Origin: Candidatus Dojkabacteria bacterium | Lineage (GTDB): Bacteria > Patescibacteriota > Dojkabacteria > SC72 | Direction of reading: 5' to 3' | Length of the DNA stretch: 64,000 bases | Assembly (NCBI GenBank): GCA_040767225.1 | Contig: JAXGOY010000001.1 | Span: forward strand, 31,128 to 95,127 | Shown here: in pieces, positions 1 to 10,016 of the stretch | How the letters are laid out: every line of letters begins with the position of its first letter | Position numbering within the stretch: the first letter of the stretch is position 1 | Translations under genes and position numbers: made by a program | The notes under the pieces: model-generated | Told to the model about the DNA's origin: nothing | Database searches by the model: none | Seen by the model: only the letters and a program-made list of their open reading frames with translations

Positions 1-287
1 ATACCTCTTCCATTCATAACTGGAGTAATGTCCTTACTTGCAATATATATTCTCTGACCAGGCTTACTAACTCTTTCAAGTGTAGTTATAACTGGATCAT
101 TCCCATCATACAAAAGTTCAACATTAACCCCTTCCTCTGTTTCTTTATAATCTTTTATCATTTCTTCACTCTTTAATACCCTTAGAATCTCCATATTTAT
201 CTTTGTTCTAGGAACAATAACTGATTCCTTCTTTCTTTCTATTCCATTTTGTATTCTTGCTAAAAGGTCTGCAATTAAATCATTCAT
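1..287 (-). CDS. rpsH: 30S ribosomal protein S8 (N-terminal part; gene runs off the window start)
   Basis: Minus-strand ATG at 285-287 followed by MNDLIADLLARIQNGIERKKESVIVPRTKIN..., a typical S8 N-terminus. It lies directly downstream of S14, as in the spc operon. Confidence 0.85.
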   Translation of the reverse strand, partial: MNDLIADLLARIQNGIERKKESVIVPRTKINMEILRVLKSEEMIKDYKETEEGVNVELLYDGNDPVITTLERVSKPGQRIYIASKDITPVMNGRG

Positions 288-304
288 CTTTTAAATATAT
301 TAAA

Positions 305-499
305 TTACCATATAGATTTCTTAACTCCAGGGATTTCTCCCTTACTTGCTAGCTTTCTAAAACATATTCTACAGATACCATAATGTCTTAAATACCCCCT
401 TGACCTACCGCATAACTCACATCTGTTATACACTCTTGTTTTGTATTTACTTTTTTTCTTCAATTGTTTTGCTTTGTATTCTTTAGCTTCTGTTGACAT
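305..499 (-). CDS. rpsN: 30S ribosomal protein S14, zinc-binding type Z
   Basis: [64 protein letters not shown] (64 aa) with a CxxC...CxxC motif. The internal Met was chosen as start because the longer ORF overlaps rplE. Confidence 0.9.
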   Translation of the reverse strand: MSTEAKEYKAKQLKKKSKYKTRVYNRCELCGRSRGYLRHYGICRICFRKLASKGEIPGVKKSIW

Positions 500-1037
500 C
501 TTTCTTAAAAGGAAAACCAAATTTATCCAATAGTGCTTTAGCACTCTTATCATCTTTTGCAGTAGTAACAATAGTTACCTCTAAACTCCTTATCTTTCTT
601 ACATTATTAGCATCAATTTCAGGAAATACTGTATGGTCTTCAATACCAAGAGAATAATTTCCTGCACCATCAAATGCAGATGCACTCAATCCTCTGAAAT
701 CTTTAGTTCTAGGAAGAACAATATTAATTAATTTATCAAAGAACTCCCACATTCTATCACCTCTTAGAATAACTGAAACACCTATTTCCATTCCTTCTCT
801 AACTTTAAATGATGACACTGCCTTTTTTGCTTTATTAACCACAGGCTTTTGACCTGATATCTGTGTAACTAAGTCAATAATCTCATTCATTGCTTCAGCC
901 TCTTTTAATGCAGCTCCTGCTCCAACATTAATAACAATCTTGCTTAAAGTAGGAACCTCCATAATATTAGAGTATCCTAGTTCCTCTTTTAACTCTTTTT
1001 TTATTCTTTTGTCATATTCCTCTTTTAATCTTGCCAT
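483..1037 (-). CDS. rplE: 50S ribosomal protein L5
   Basis: 184-aa translation with L5 hallmarks ([18 protein letters not shown]...[11 protein letters not shown]). Its position between L24 and S14 matches the conserved order. Confidence 0.95.
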   Translation of the reverse strand: MARLKEEYDKRIKKELKEELGYSNIMEVPTLSKIVINVGAGAALKEAEAMNEIIDLVTQISGQKPVVNKAKKAVSSFKVREGMEIGVSVILRGDRMWEFFDKLINIVLPRTKDFRGLSASAFDGAGNYSLGIEDHTVFPEIDANNVRKIRSLEVTIVTTAKDDKSAKALLDKFGFPFKKDVNRS

Positions 1038-1426
1038 TATTCTTTTTTAGTTTTTGATTTAGTTTTACTTTTTACAGTTTTCTTAACTTCTTTCTTTTCT
1101 TCTTTTACCTCTTCCTTAGTAATAATCTCAATTACCTTTCCGCACTTTTTACATATTCTTTCAACCTTACCATTCTCTCTTTTAATACCTACTCTTGTTG
1201 GCTTACTACAGTTAGGGCATACAAGCATAACCTTAGATACATCCATAGGTTTAGCAATATCTATTATTGCAGACTTTTTCTCTTTTCCATCACCCTTTAC
1301 ATGCTTTTTATACATATTTAAACCATCTACAATAACCTTCCCATTCTTTACAGCAGAAACAACACCCTGTTTTCCAGTGTCCTTCCCATAAAGTATTTTT
1401 ACTGTATCTCCTTTTTTAATCTTCAT
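1037..1426 (-). CDS. rplX: 50S ribosomal protein L24 with an unusual Cys4 zinc knuckle and Lys-rich C-terminal tail
   Basis: KOW N-terminus MKIKKGDTVKILYGKDTGKQGVV and conserved KPTRVG core. The C-terminal hairpin reads VCPNCSKPTRVGIKRENGKVERICKKCGK and is followed by a K/E-rich tail. Confidence 0.9.
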   Translation of the reverse strand: MKIKKGDTVKILYGKDTGKQGVVSAVKNGKVIVDGLNMYKKHVKGDGKEKKSAIIDIAKPMDVSKVMLVCPNCSKPTRVGIKRENGKVERICKKCGKVIEIITKEEVKEEKKEVKKTVKSKTKSKTKKE

Positions 1427-1442
1427 ATATTTAATTCATAAA

Positions 1443-1811
1443 TTACAAAACCTCAGGAGCAAGAGAAACTATTTTATCAAACCCTTTCTCTTTTAATTCT
1501 CTTGCCACTGGACCGAATATTCTTGTTCCAACAGGATTCTTTTTATTATCAATTATCACTGCTGCATTATCATCAAATCTTATATATGTTCCATCTTTTC
1601 TTTTATGCTCTTTTGTGACTCTAATAATTACTGCAGTTAAGACATCATGCTTCTTAACTCCACTATTTGGTAAAGCTTTCTGTACTGCAATTTTAACAGT
1701 ACTCCCAAGACCAATAAACTTGATCTTAGAGTATCCTGGAGCTCCTATTAGCTTTCCTACTTTTGCTCCACTGTTATCTGCAATTGTTATATTACTTTCT
1801 CTTTGTATCAT
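1443..1811 (-). CDS. rplN: 50S ribosomal protein L14
   Basis: [17 protein letters not shown]...[23 protein letters not shown], 122 aa, canonical L14. Confidence 0.95.
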   Translation of the reverse strand: MIQRESNITIADNSGAKVGKLIGAPGYSKIKFIGLGSTVKIAVQKALPNSGVKKHDVLTAVIIRVTKEHKRKDGTYIRFDDNAAVIIDNKKNPVGTRIFGPVARELKEKGFDKIVSLAPEVL

Positions 1812-1813
1812 TT

Positions 1814-2062
1814 TTATTTAGTATTAACTACAACCCATTTAACATTCTTAGAGTAAGGTCTTGATTCTCTTATCACTACCTTATCTCCGACATTTAACTC
1901 TTTATTAGTATGTGCAAAGAACACTTTCTTTCTATTTACAACCTTTCTGTATACGGGATGAGATTGTAAGGTATCAACCCTAACCCTTACAGTACCTTGC
2001 ATACTGTTGCTTACAACTACTCCTTCAAATTGTTTCTTTCTATTTTTATTTTTCTTTTCCAT
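1814..2062 (-). CDS. rpsQ: 30S ribosomal protein S17
   Basis: 82 aa, [39 protein letters not shown]...[21 protein letters not shown]. Confidence 0.95.
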   Translation of the reverse strand: MEKKNKNRKKQFEGVVVSNSMQGTVRVRVDTLQSHPVYRKVVNRKKVFFAHTNKELNVGDKVVIRESRPYSKNVKWVVVNTK

Positions 2063-2122
2063 TTTTATTTCTAATATTTAAAACGGCTAGTATTCTATCA
2101 ATATTAAGCAAATCTAACAAGC

Positions 2123-2536
2123 CTATATCTCTTTTTTAGACACAAATTTAGTTTTAACTGGCAGTTTATTTGCCCCCAACCTTAATGCCTCTCTTGCGAC
2201 ATCCTCTGACACTCCACTCACTTCATAGATAATGTTACCCGGCTTTACAACTGCTACATATCCCTCAACCTCTCCTTTTCCACCTATCATTTTGCTATTA
2301 ATACCCCTTCTTGTATATGGTTTATGAGGAAATATCTTAACCCAAACCTTACCTTTTCTTTTCATATGCCCTGTTATAGCCCTTCTTCCTGCTTCTATTT
2401 GGTTAGCTTCTATCCATCCATGCTCCATAGATTTAATACCATACTCACCAAAAGCAATGGTATTATTTGCTGAAGCAACTCCATTCATTTTCCCTCTAAA
2501 TTCTTTTCTATATTTTCTAATTCTTGGCTGTAACAT
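2123..2536 (-). CDS. rplP: 50S ribosomal protein L16
   Basis: MLQPRIRKYRKEFRGKMNG...GEYGIKSMEHGWIEANQIEAGRRAITGHMKRKGKVWVKIFPHKPYT, 137 aa. Confidence 0.95.
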   Translation of the reverse strand: MLQPRIRKYRKEFRGKMNGVASANNTIAFGEYGIKSMEHGWIEANQIEAGRRAITGHMKRKGKVWVKIFPHKPYTRRGINSKMIGGKGEVEGYVAVVKPGNIIYEVSGVSEDVAREALRLGANKLPVKTKFVSKKEI

Positions 2537-2538
2537 AT

Positions 2539-3186
2539 TTATTCTTCTTCTTCAATTTTATTTTTTTCTCCTTTATACACCCAAACCTTTACACCCATTA
2601 ATCCAGCATCTAATGTTTGAGCAACCTCTTTTGCATAATCAATATCAGCTCTAAGTGTATGAGCAGGAACAGATCCTGCATTAGTTTTTATAGTTCTTGC
2701 TTGACTTGCATTATTTATTCTCCCAGACACCCATATTCTTATACCCTTTGCTCCTGCAAGCATAGCTTTTTCTCTTGCACTAGCCATCAAAAGCTTAGGA
2801 GGCTGTCTTCTCTCAATACCATCTGCAATTCCTCTCGCTATTATTCTTGCAGATATATCAGGTTTCTTAACTTCCCTTATCTTAACTTCAACATCCTTTT
2901 TAGTTATTCTTTTAAGATCCTTCTGTAACAAATCTATTCCTTCTCCACCCCTTCCTATCGCAACACCAGGTCTTGCAACAAACACTTCTATCTCAATTTT
3001 ATTTGCAGCTCTCTTTATACCAATAGAATCAATGCCTGCATCTTTCATTCTTTCACTTACAATCTTTTTTATCTGCAAATCCTGATACAAAGAAGCAGGG
3101 TACTCAGCTTTAGGAGAGTACCATACAGACTTCCATGTCTTGTTAATTCCTATTCTAATTATATTTGCATTTATCTTTCTTCCCAT
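2539..3186 (-). CDS. rpsC: 30S ribosomal protein S3
   Basis: MGRKINANIIRIGINKTWKSVWY..., KH domain and S3 C-terminal domain, 215 aa. Confidence 0.95.
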   Translation of the reverse strand: MGRKINANIIRIGINKTWKSVWYSPKAEYPASLYQDLQIKKIVSERMKDAGIDSIGIKRAANKIEIEVFVARPGVAIGRGGEGIDLLQKDLKRITKKDVEVKIREVKKPDISARIIARGIADGIERRQPPKLLMASAREKAMLAGAKGIRIWVSGRINNASQARTIKTNAGSVPAHTLRADIDYAKEVAQTLDAGLMGVKVWVYKGEKNKIEEEE

Positions 3187-3527
3187 TACTTAACTTCTAA
3201 TTCTAAATTAATATGAGACCTTCTCTTTAATATTCTGCTTGAACGACCTCTTGATGCATATCTTCCTCTTTTATATATTGGTGCCCCATCAATTGATATA
3301 TGAGATATTTTAAGCCCATCTTTATCTACTCCATATTTTTCATTTGCAGCAGCTACACCTGACAGAAGAGCTTTCTTCAAAAATATACTTCCCTTTTTAT
3401 TTGTAAACTGCAAAATATCTAAAGCCTCATTTACATCTTTTCCTCTTATTAAATCAGCAACCAACCTCAATTTAAGAGGGGATTGTGCAACATTTTTAAT
3501 TTTTATTTTTACTTTCTTTTCTTCCAT
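3186..3527 (-). CDS. rplV: 50S ribosomal protein L22
   Basis: MEEKKVKIKIKNVAQSPLKLRLVADLIRGKDVNEALDILQF... The internal Met at 3527 was used to avoid a long overlap with rpsS; the ORF is open to 3560. Confidence 0.9.
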   Translation of the reverse strand: MEEKKVKIKIKNVAQSPLKLRLVADLIRGKDVNEALDILQFTNKKGSIFLKKALLSGVAAANEKYGVDKDGLKISHISIDGAPIYKRGRYASRGRSSRILKRRSHINLELEVK

Positions 3528-3531
3528 ATTA

Positions 3532-3837
3532 TTATTCTTCAAATCTACCACTACTACCATATACTTTAGCTAACTTACCCTTCTTTGCATGACCTTTAAA
3601 CTTTCTTGTCTGTGTAAATTCACCAAGCCTATGTCCAATCATAGATTCTTCAATTAAAACCTCTTCATGCTTTTTACCATTATGAACAGCAAAGGTAAGT
3701 CCCACCATCTGTGGTGTAACTGTAGATGCTCTTGCCCATGTTTTAATAGGCTTCCTACTACCACTTTGTAGTGCCTGTTCTACTTTCTTCTGTAATTTTT
3801 CATCTACATATACTCCTTTTTTTAGTGACCTAGACAT
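3532..3837 (-). CDS. rpsS: 30S ribosomal protein S19
   Basis: [20 protein letters not shown]...[23 protein letters not shown], 101 aa. Confidence 0.95.
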   Translation of the reverse strand: MSRSLKKGVYVDEKLQKKVEQALQSGSRKPIKTWARASTVTPQMVGLTFAVHNGKKHEEVLIEESMIGHRLGEFTQTRKFKGHAKKGKLAKVYGSSGRFEE

Positions 3838-3854
3838 ATTTACATTTTTCTAAA

Positions 3855-4703
3855 TTATTTCTTAGCAAAAGGCCTCTGTCGAGTCCTTCTCCTTTTAATT
3901 ATTAATTTGTCAGTTCTTTTGTTCTTTCTTGTTCTTGTACCAACTCTATGACCCCATATATCTTTTGCTCTACCAACAACTCCACGACCTTCTCCACCTC
4001 CATGAGGGTGCTCTACTGCATGCATTGCCATTCCTCTAACAACAGGTCTCTTACCTAAGTTCCTACTTCTCCCTGCTTTTCCAAGCTTTACATTAATCTT
4101 CTCTTCATTTCCAACCTGCCCTATTGTTGCCATTGCATCTGCAGGAACAAGCCTAATTTCACCTGATGGCATTTTTATCTGTACATACTTACCAGTAGGA
4201 TCAATACCCTGAACAACAATTGCTTGACCTGCCGACCTTCCAAAGGTAGCTCCCATTCCAACCTTACTCTCAACACAATGTACTATAGTACCTGAAGGAA
4301 TATTCTTAATTCTCATTGCATTCCCTGGAAGAATATCTGTAACATCATTAGAAATCACCTTGCTACCTACCTTTATTCCTCGAGGAGCAATTATATACCT
4401 TTTTTCACCATCAGCATACTGTAAAAGTGCTAAATGTGCACTCCTGTTAGGATCAAAATACAGACCTAATACCTTTGCTTCAATTCCAAACTTATCTCTC
4501 TTAAAATCAATCTTCCTTACCCTTCTTTTATACCCTCCGCCTCTATGCCTTACAGTAATTCTTCCCTGATTATTCCTTCCAGACTTCTGTTTTTTAGCAA
4601 CAGTTAACGATTTCGGCCCACTATCCTTTTCAAGCATAGACCTATCTTCTAATTTTGTTCCTCTTAATGTAGAGGTTGTTGGTTTAAATTCTTTTACTCC
4701 CAT
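3855..4703 (-). CDS. rplB: 50S ribosomal protein L2
   Basis: 282 aa, ...RNNQGRITVRHRGGGYKRRVRKIDFKR...MHAVEHPHGGGEGR. Confidence 0.95.
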   Translation of the reverse strand: MGVKEFKPTTSTLRGTKLEDRSMLEKDSGPKSLTVAKKQKSGRNNQGRITVRHRGGGYKRRVRKIDFKRDKFGIEAKVLGLYFDPNRSAHLALLQYADGEKRYIIAPRGIKVGSKVISNDVTDILPGNAMRIKNIPSGTIVHCVESKVGMGATFGRSAGQAIVVQGIDPTGKYVQIKMPSGEIRLVPADAMATIGQVGNEEKINVKLGKAGRSRNLGKRPVVRGMAMHAVEHPHGGGEGRGVVGRAKDIWGHRVGTRTRKNKRTDKLIIKRRRTRQRPFAKK

Positions 4704-4999
4704 TATTTAACAGTTAAAAATTCATCAATCTTATCACCCTTTTTAAGAGTAACAACAGCTTTCTTTAAATCACTCTTTCTAAAAGTCCTATTAGTTTTCC
4801 ATTCATTTATCTTTTTACCTGGTTTAACAGTAATATTTACACTAAGAACCTTTACTTTGTATTTTTTCTCAACAGCTTTCTTAATCTCTATCTTGTTAAC
4901 ATCTCTGCCGACAAAAAACACATATTTATTTTCCTCATTTGCAAGAGCATAGCTCTTTTCAGATATAACGGGTTTTAGCATAATTTCTTTATTTTCCAT
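4703..4999 (-). CDS. rplW: 50S ribosomal protein L23
   Basis: 98 aa, MLKPVISEKSYALANEENKYVFFVGRDVNKIEIKKAVE..., in L23 position between L4 and L2. Confidence 0.9.
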   Translation of the reverse strand: MENKEIMLKPVISEKSYALANEENKYVFFVGRDVNKIEIKKAVEKKYKVKVLSVNITVKPGKKINEWKTNRTFRKSDLKKAVVTLKKGDKIDEFLTVK

Positions 5000-5594
5000 T
5001 TAAAAGCCTATTCTCTAATTTATTAACAGAATCTTTATCAATAACTATAGCTTTACTCTTTACAACATCTTTTACATTTACTCTCATTGGATTAACAATG
5101 TTAACCCCTTTAATATTTCTAACTGCCAATTTCAAATTTTCAATATCACTAATTACAAGGGTACTTTTTGATATATTCTTTTCCATTTTTTCTCTAATAT
5201 CTTTAATCTCTCCTTTAGAGTTAACATTTACCACTTTAACGGCATCATTTCTATTTCTTTCTGAAAGTACAATACACATAGCTTCTTTAGACATCTTTTT
5301 GTTAATCTTTCTTTTCCAATTCTTAATATTAGGACCAAATGTAACACCACCTCCTACCCAAAGAGGTGACCTTATTGATCCCTGTCTTGCTCTTCCTGTA
5401 CCCTTCTGTTTCCAAGGTTTTTTTCCTCCTCCTGACACATCCCCTCTACCTTTAACAGAAGATGTCCCTTTTCTTTCATTGCTGTTAAGTACATAAAGAA
5501 CTTGTGCAACTAAATCAGCATTGTAAGGTACATCCCATACTTTAGGATTTAACTTGATTTCTTCAATTTTTTCTTTCTTTACTTTTTCTTCCAT
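4989..5594 (-). CDS. rplD: 50S ribosomal protein L4
   Basis: 201 aa, ...GGGKKPWKQKGTGRARQGSIRSPLWVGGGVTFGP... Confidence 0.95.
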   Translation of the reverse strand: MEEKVKKEKIEEIKLNPKVWDVPYNADLVAQVLYVLNSNERKGTSSVKGRGDVSGGGKKPWKQKGTGRARQGSIRSPLWVGGGVTFGPNIKNWKRKINKKMSKEAMCIVLSERNRNDAVKVVNVNSKGEIKDIREKMEKNISKSTLVISDIENLKLAVRNIKGVNIVNPMRVNVKDVVKSKAIVIDKDSVNKLENRLLNGK

Positions 5595-5596
5595 AT

Positions 5597-6184
5597 TTAC
5601 TCAGTATATATTTTTACTAAATCACCATTAGAACCTGGGAGCGGACCACTAATTAAAAGAATATTCTCTTTTATGCCTACAATTCTTTTGTTCTTAATTG
5701 TTACAGTATCATGACCCATTCTTCCTGCCATTCTCTTTCCTTTATACACCCTTCCAGGAGTAGTTCTTGCTCCAATTGCACCTGGTGCTCTTAATCTATC
5801 GGATTGTCCATGAGTTCTAGGACCTCCTTTAAAACCATGCCTTTTTACAACCCCTTGAAACCCTTTACCTTTAGAAATTCCTGTTACAGTCACAGTGTCT
5901 CCTTCATTAAAGGTTTCTGCTACTAACTCACTTCCTGCTTTAAACCCTTCAGGAAGCTCACTTTCAACTACCCATTTATACATTGGTACATATCCCAGTT
6001 CTTTATACTGCCCTAGCTGTGCCTTTGTACCCTTCTTTTTATTTCCCAAACCAAGTTCCACCTTTCCATCTTTTCTGATATTCGCTACCTTGCAACCAGT
6101 AACATCAACCAAAGTAACAGGCACAACCCTGTCATCTACAAAAATCCTTGTCATTCCTTTTTTTATTCCCAATATTGCTTTCAT
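5597..6184 (-). CDS. rplC: 50S ribosomal protein L3
   Basis: MKAILGIKKGMTRIF...GKGFQGVVKRHGFKGGPRTHGQSDRLRAPGAIG... The internal ATG at 6182-6184 was chosen; the longer ORF overlaps rpsJ. Confidence 0.93.
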   Translation of the reverse strand: MKAILGIKKGMTRIFVDDRVVPVTLVDVTGCKVANIRKDGKVELGLGNKKKGTKAQLGQYKELGYVPMYKWVVESELPEGFKAGSELVAETFNEGDTVTVTGISKGKGFQGVVKRHGFKGGPRTHGQSDRLRAPGAIGARTTPGRVYKGKRMAGRMGHDTVTIKNKRIVGIKENILLISGPLPGSNGDLVKIYTE

Positions 6185-6188
6185 ATAT

Positions 6189-6500
6189 TTACTGTATTTC
6201 AATACCAACACCAGCAGGCATCTGAAGATGCTGCAGTGCATCTATTGTCTTAGGTGTAGGATCAATGATATCAATTACTCTTTTATGAGTATTAATCTCA
6301 AAATGTTCAATTGAACTCTTATAGATAAATGGAGATCTATTAACTGCAATCTTTCTTTTCCTTGTAGGAAGAGGTATAGGGCCTGCGACCTTAGCACCTG
6401 TACTAATTGCAGTCTCAATTATACTTCTTGAGGACTTATCTAAAACTAAAGAATCATATCCTTTTAACTTTACTCTGATTTTTGAACTTGTCTCACTCAT
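6189..6500 (-). CDS. rpsJ: 30S ribosomal protein S10
   Basis: [50 protein letters not shown]..., 103 aa. Confidence 0.95.
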   Translation of the reverse strand: MSETSSKIRVKLKGYDSLVLDKSSRSIIETAISTGAKVAGPIPLPTRKRKIAVNRSPFIYKSSIEHFEINTHKRVIDIIDPTPKTIDALQHLQMPAGVGIEIQ

Positions 6501-6533
6501 TCTATCTTAAAGAGCTAAATTAAACTTAAAACC

Positions 6534-6557
6534 GCAGGGAGATTTTACTCTCCCTGC
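6534..6557 (-). terminator. Stem-loop between tuf and the S10 operon, a candidate intrinsic terminator or attenuator
   Basis: GCAGGGAGA-TTTTAC-TCTCCCTGC forms a perfect 9-bp stem 7 nt after the tuf stop. On the minus strand it is followed by GGTTTTAAGTTT. Confidence 0.45.
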
Positions 6558-6564
6558 AAGAGAA

Positions 6565-7731
6565 TTACTTAAGAATCTCTGTTACAACTCCTTTCCCTAC
6601 TGTAGCTCCTCCCTCTCTAATTGCAAAACTCTGACCTTTCTCTAATACAACTGGAACAACTAATTTAACTGTAAACTCAACATTATCTCCTGGAGCAACC
6701 AATTCAGTACCTTCAGGTAATGAAACCTCACCTGTAACATCTGCTGTTCTAACATAGAACTGAGGCTTATACCCTGTTACAAATGGTGTATGTCTTCCAC
6801 CTTCCTCTTTGCTCAAAATATATACCTGAGCTTTAAATTCTGTATGAACTTCTCCTGTACCTGGAGCAACAAGAACCTGTCCTCTTTCAACATCTGTTCT
6901 CTTCAAACCTCGAAGAAGTATTCCGACATTATCACCTGCCTCTGCTTCTTTCATTGATTTGTTGAAAGTTTCAATACCAGTAGCTGCAGTCTTCTGAGGC
7001 TTTCTTCCCATTCCTAGTATTTCTACCTCTTCGTTTAATTTCAATTTTCCTCTTTCAATTCTTCCTGTTACAACTGTACCTCTACCTTCAATAGAGAACA
7101 CATCCTCAATTGGCATAAGGAATGGCTTATCAACCTCTCTTTGAGGTATCTCAATGTACTCATCAACAGCTTTCATGAGTTCTCTAACTGAAGTAAGTCC
7201 CTCTTCCTCTCCTTTCTCAGCTTTAAGTGCATTACCGACAATTATTGGTGCATTTCTATCATATCCATTCTTCTCAAGAAGATCTGCAACATCTGTTTTA
7301 ATTAATTCTAAAATCTCAGGGTCTGCCTCACCAAAGGTATTAATAAAAGCAAGCATCTTAGGGACACCAACCTGCCTTGCTAAAAGAACATGCTCTCTTG
7401 TCTGAGGCATAACACCATCATCAGATGATACGACTAATATTGCACCATCCATCTGAGCTGCACCTGTAATCATATTCTTAATGTAGTCTTTATGACCTGG
7501 GCAATCTACTAATGCATAGTGTCTGTTCTCTGTCTCAAATTCAACATGAGCAATTGCAACTGTAATTGATTTTGCCCGTGATTCAGGATCTTTATCCAAT
7601 TTATCAATCATTTTATCTCTCTCTGGGGAGAAAGCATTAAGAATACCACGTACTAAAGTGGTCTTCCCATGATCAATATGGCCTAATGTACCAATATTGA
7701 CATGAGGTTTTGTTCTCTCATAGTCTGCCAT
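6565..7731 (-). CDS. tuf: Elongation factor Tu
   Basis: [26 protein letters not shown]...[26 protein letters not shown]..., 388 aa. Confidence 0.97.
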   Translation of the reverse strand: MADYERTKPHVNIGTLGHIDHGKTTLVRGILNAFSPERDKMIDKLDKDPESRAKSITVAIAHVEFETENRHYALVDCPGHKDYIKNMITGAAQMDGAILVVSSDDGVMPQTREHVLLARQVGVPKMLAFINTFGEADPEILELIKTDVADLLEKNGYDRNAPIIVGNALKAEKGEEEGLTSVRELMKAVDEYIEIPQREVDKPFLMPIEDVFSIEGRGTVVTGRIERGKLKLNEEVEILGMGRKPQKTAATGIETFNKSMKEAEAGDNVGILLRGLKRTDVERGQVLVAPGTGEVHTEFKAQVYILSKEEGGRHTPFVTGYKPQFYVRTADVTGEVSLPEGTELVAPGDNVEFTVKLVVPVVLEKGQSFAIREGGATVGKGVVTEILK

Positions 7732-7856
7732 GAGTATATTTTAATTAATTTATATATATTCTTATTGTTTTTTAACAATATTTTTCTCTTACTGTATAAC
7801 AGTACAATACGCAACGAATATTATCAAAAAACAAGTATTTATGCAAGTATTACTTA

Positions 7857-9953
7857 TTATTTTTTTAAGCCAGCTATCTCATCTGCAATATTTTTAGGTA
7901 CTTCAGCATAGTGAGAAGGCTCCATATATGCGACACCTCTCCCACTTGTTAGAGATCTTAACTCACTTGTATAACCAAATAATTCTGACAAAGGAACTAA
8001 TGCATTTATAACAGTAATACCGTTTCCAATATCTTCAGTACCCTGAATTTGACCTCTCTTGCTACTTAGCGAACCTGTAATATCTCCCATGTATTGGCTT
8101 GGTGCCTCAACTGAAACATCCATAATTGGCTCTAAAAGAATTGGCTGTGCTTTTTTACATCCTTCTCTAAACGCAATAGCACCTGCAATCTTAAATGCTA
8201 CCTCAGATGAGTCAACTTCGTGATATGATCCATCAAATAATGTAACCTTAACATCAACTACAGGATATCCAGCTACAACACCTGTTTTCATAGCCTCGAC
8301 AACACCCTTTTCAATAGCAGGAATAAATTCTTTAGGGATTGCACCACCCTTTATTGCGTTTATAAACTCAAAACCTTTACCCTTTTCATTAGGTTCAATT
8401 TTAAGCCAGCAGTGACCATATTGTCCCTTACCACCTGATTGTCTAATATACTTACCTTCAGACTGCTCACATACACCCTTTATAGTCTCTCTGTATGCAA
8501 CCTGTGGTTTTCCTACATTAGCTAGAACATTAAACTCCCTTTTCATTCTGTCTACCATAATATCTAAGTGAAGTTCTCCCATTCCAGAAATAATAGTTTG
8601 ACCTGTTTCTTGATTAGTTTCGACCTTAAATGTTGGGTCTTCTCTTGTGAGCTTGTTTAATGCTTCTGCCATCTTCTCTTCATCAGACTTAGTTGCAGGC
8701 TCTATTGCTTGAGAAATTACTGGCTCTGCAAATGTGATTTGCTCAAGGATAATAGGGTTAGCCTCATCACAAAGAGTATCTCCTGTTGTAGAATATTTAA
8801 GCCCTACTATTGCACCAATATCTCCAGCTCTAAGCATCTCAACCTCCTCTCTATCATCTGCATGCATTAGCACCAATCTACTTACTCTTTCTCTAACACC
8901 TTTTGTAGAGTTATACACATATGATCCTGCCTTAAGAGTACCAGAATAAACCCTAAAATATGAAAGATTCCCAATGTGAGGGTCACTAACAAGCTTAAAT
9001 ACAAGTCCACAAAAAGGCTCATTTTCATCTGGTTTCCTTTCAATTTCAGAACCAGTTCTAGGATCATCTCCCTGTACAGGAGGTAAATCTAGAGGAGATG
9101 GTAGACAAAGAGCAATGTAATCCAAAATTGTTTTAGCCATTACAGTTCTAGAATCACCACCTAAAACAGGAAATAGCTTCCCTTCAATAGTACCCTTTCT
9201 TAAGGCAACTTTTAGCTCTTCAACAGTAATTTCTTCACCAGCAAAATACTTCTCCATTAATTTATCATCCATTTCAACAAGAGCTTCAATAAGAGCAGCC
9301 CTTTGTACCTCTGCCTTGCTCTTTAAATCATCAGGAATAGGAATCTCTTTTAGTTCTTGTGCTTCTACACTATCATATGAAAATGCCTTATTGTAAAGTA
9401 AATCTACATATCCATGAAGCTGACTTTCTCTTCCTATTGGAATAGTAAGTGCTACTGCCTTATTGCTTAATCTCTGTTTTATAGTTTCAAAACTCTTATC
9501 AAAATCTCCTCCTATAAGGTTTATTTTGTTTAAAAAGCATATTCTAGGAACATGATATTTATTAGCTTGTCTCCATACTGTTTCAGACTGAGGCTCAACA
9601 CCTTTTCTTCCATCAAAAACAACAACTGCACCATCAAGTACCCTTAAAGACCTTTCAACCTCTGCAGTAAAATCTACATGACCAGGTGTATCTATAATAT
9701 TAATTCTATATCTCTTTCCATCAAAATCCCAAAAACATGTAACAGCAGCAGATTGAATAGTAATTCCCCTTTCTCTTTCCTGCTCCATAAAGTCAGTAGT
9801 AGTAGCACCTTCGTCTACCTCTCCAATTTTATGAATCTGCCCTGTAAAGTACAAAAGTCTTTCAGTAGTAGTTGTTTTTCCTGCATCTATATGAGCGATA
9901 ATTCCAATATTCCTTATCTGCTCAAGAGGCATTTTTACATCATAGGTTTGCAT
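7857..9953 (-). CDS. fusA: Elongation factor G
   Basis: 698 aa, [20 protein letters not shown]...[27 protein letters not shown]... Confidence 0.97.
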   Translation of the reverse strand: MQTYDVKMPLEQIRNIGIIAHIDAGKTTTTERLLYFTGQIHKIGEVDEGATTTDFMEQERERGITIQSAAVTCFWDFDGKRYRINIIDTPGHVDFTAEVERSLRVLDGAVVVFDGRKGVEPQSETVWRQANKYHVPRICFLNKINLIGGDFDKSFETIKQRLSNKAVALTIPIGRESQLHGYVDLLYNKAFSYDSVEAQELKEIPIPDDLKSKAEVQRAALIEALVEMDDKLMEKYFAGEEITVEELKVALRKGTIEGKLFPVLGGDSRTVMAKTILDYIALCLPSPLDLPPVQGDDPRTGSEIERKPDENEPFCGLVFKLVSDPHIGNLSYFRVYSGTLKAGSYVYNSTKGVRERVSRLVLMHADDREEVEMLRAGDIGAIVGLKYSTTGDTLCDEANPIILEQITFAEPVISQAIEPATKSDEEKMAEALNKLTREDPTFKVETNQETGQTIISGMGELHLDIMVDRMKREFNVLANVGKPQVAYRETIKGVCEQSEGKYIRQSGGKGQYGHCWLKIEPNEKGKGFEFINAIKGGAIPKEFIPAIEKGVVEAMKTGVVAGYPVVDVKVTLFDGSYHEVDSSEVAFKIAGAIAFREGCKKAQPILLEPIMDVSVEAPSQYMGDITGSLSSKRGQIQGTEDIGNGITVINALVPLSELFGYTSELRSLTSGRGVAYMEPSHYAEVPKNIADEIAGLKK

Positions 9954-10005
9954 ATTTTAAAAGTATAAATTAAAGCCTAAATGGAAATCTTAGGACACGA
10001 GAGCG

Positions 10006-10014
10006 ATTATACCA
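10006..10014 (-). promoter_or_regulatory. Candidate extended -10 element (TGGTATAAT) upstream of fusA
   Basis: On the minus strand the sequence reads tTGGTATAATcgc about 50 nt upstream of the fusA ATG, immediately after the stop of the upstream TPR gene. Confidence 0.3.
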
Positions 10015-10016
10015 AA

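Noticed and set aside
1615-9968. Numerous 60-140-aa plus-strand ORFs inside the ribosomal-protein, tuf and fusA region (for example 1615-1821, 2457-2654, 2617-2928, 4360-4569, 5098-5496, 5895-6314, 7154-7405, 8734-8949, 9678-9968)
   Set aside because: They lie antisense to highly conserved full-length genes, have low-complexity Ser/Leu/Phe-rich translations typical of AT-rich antisense frames, and have no start or RBS context. They are spurious.
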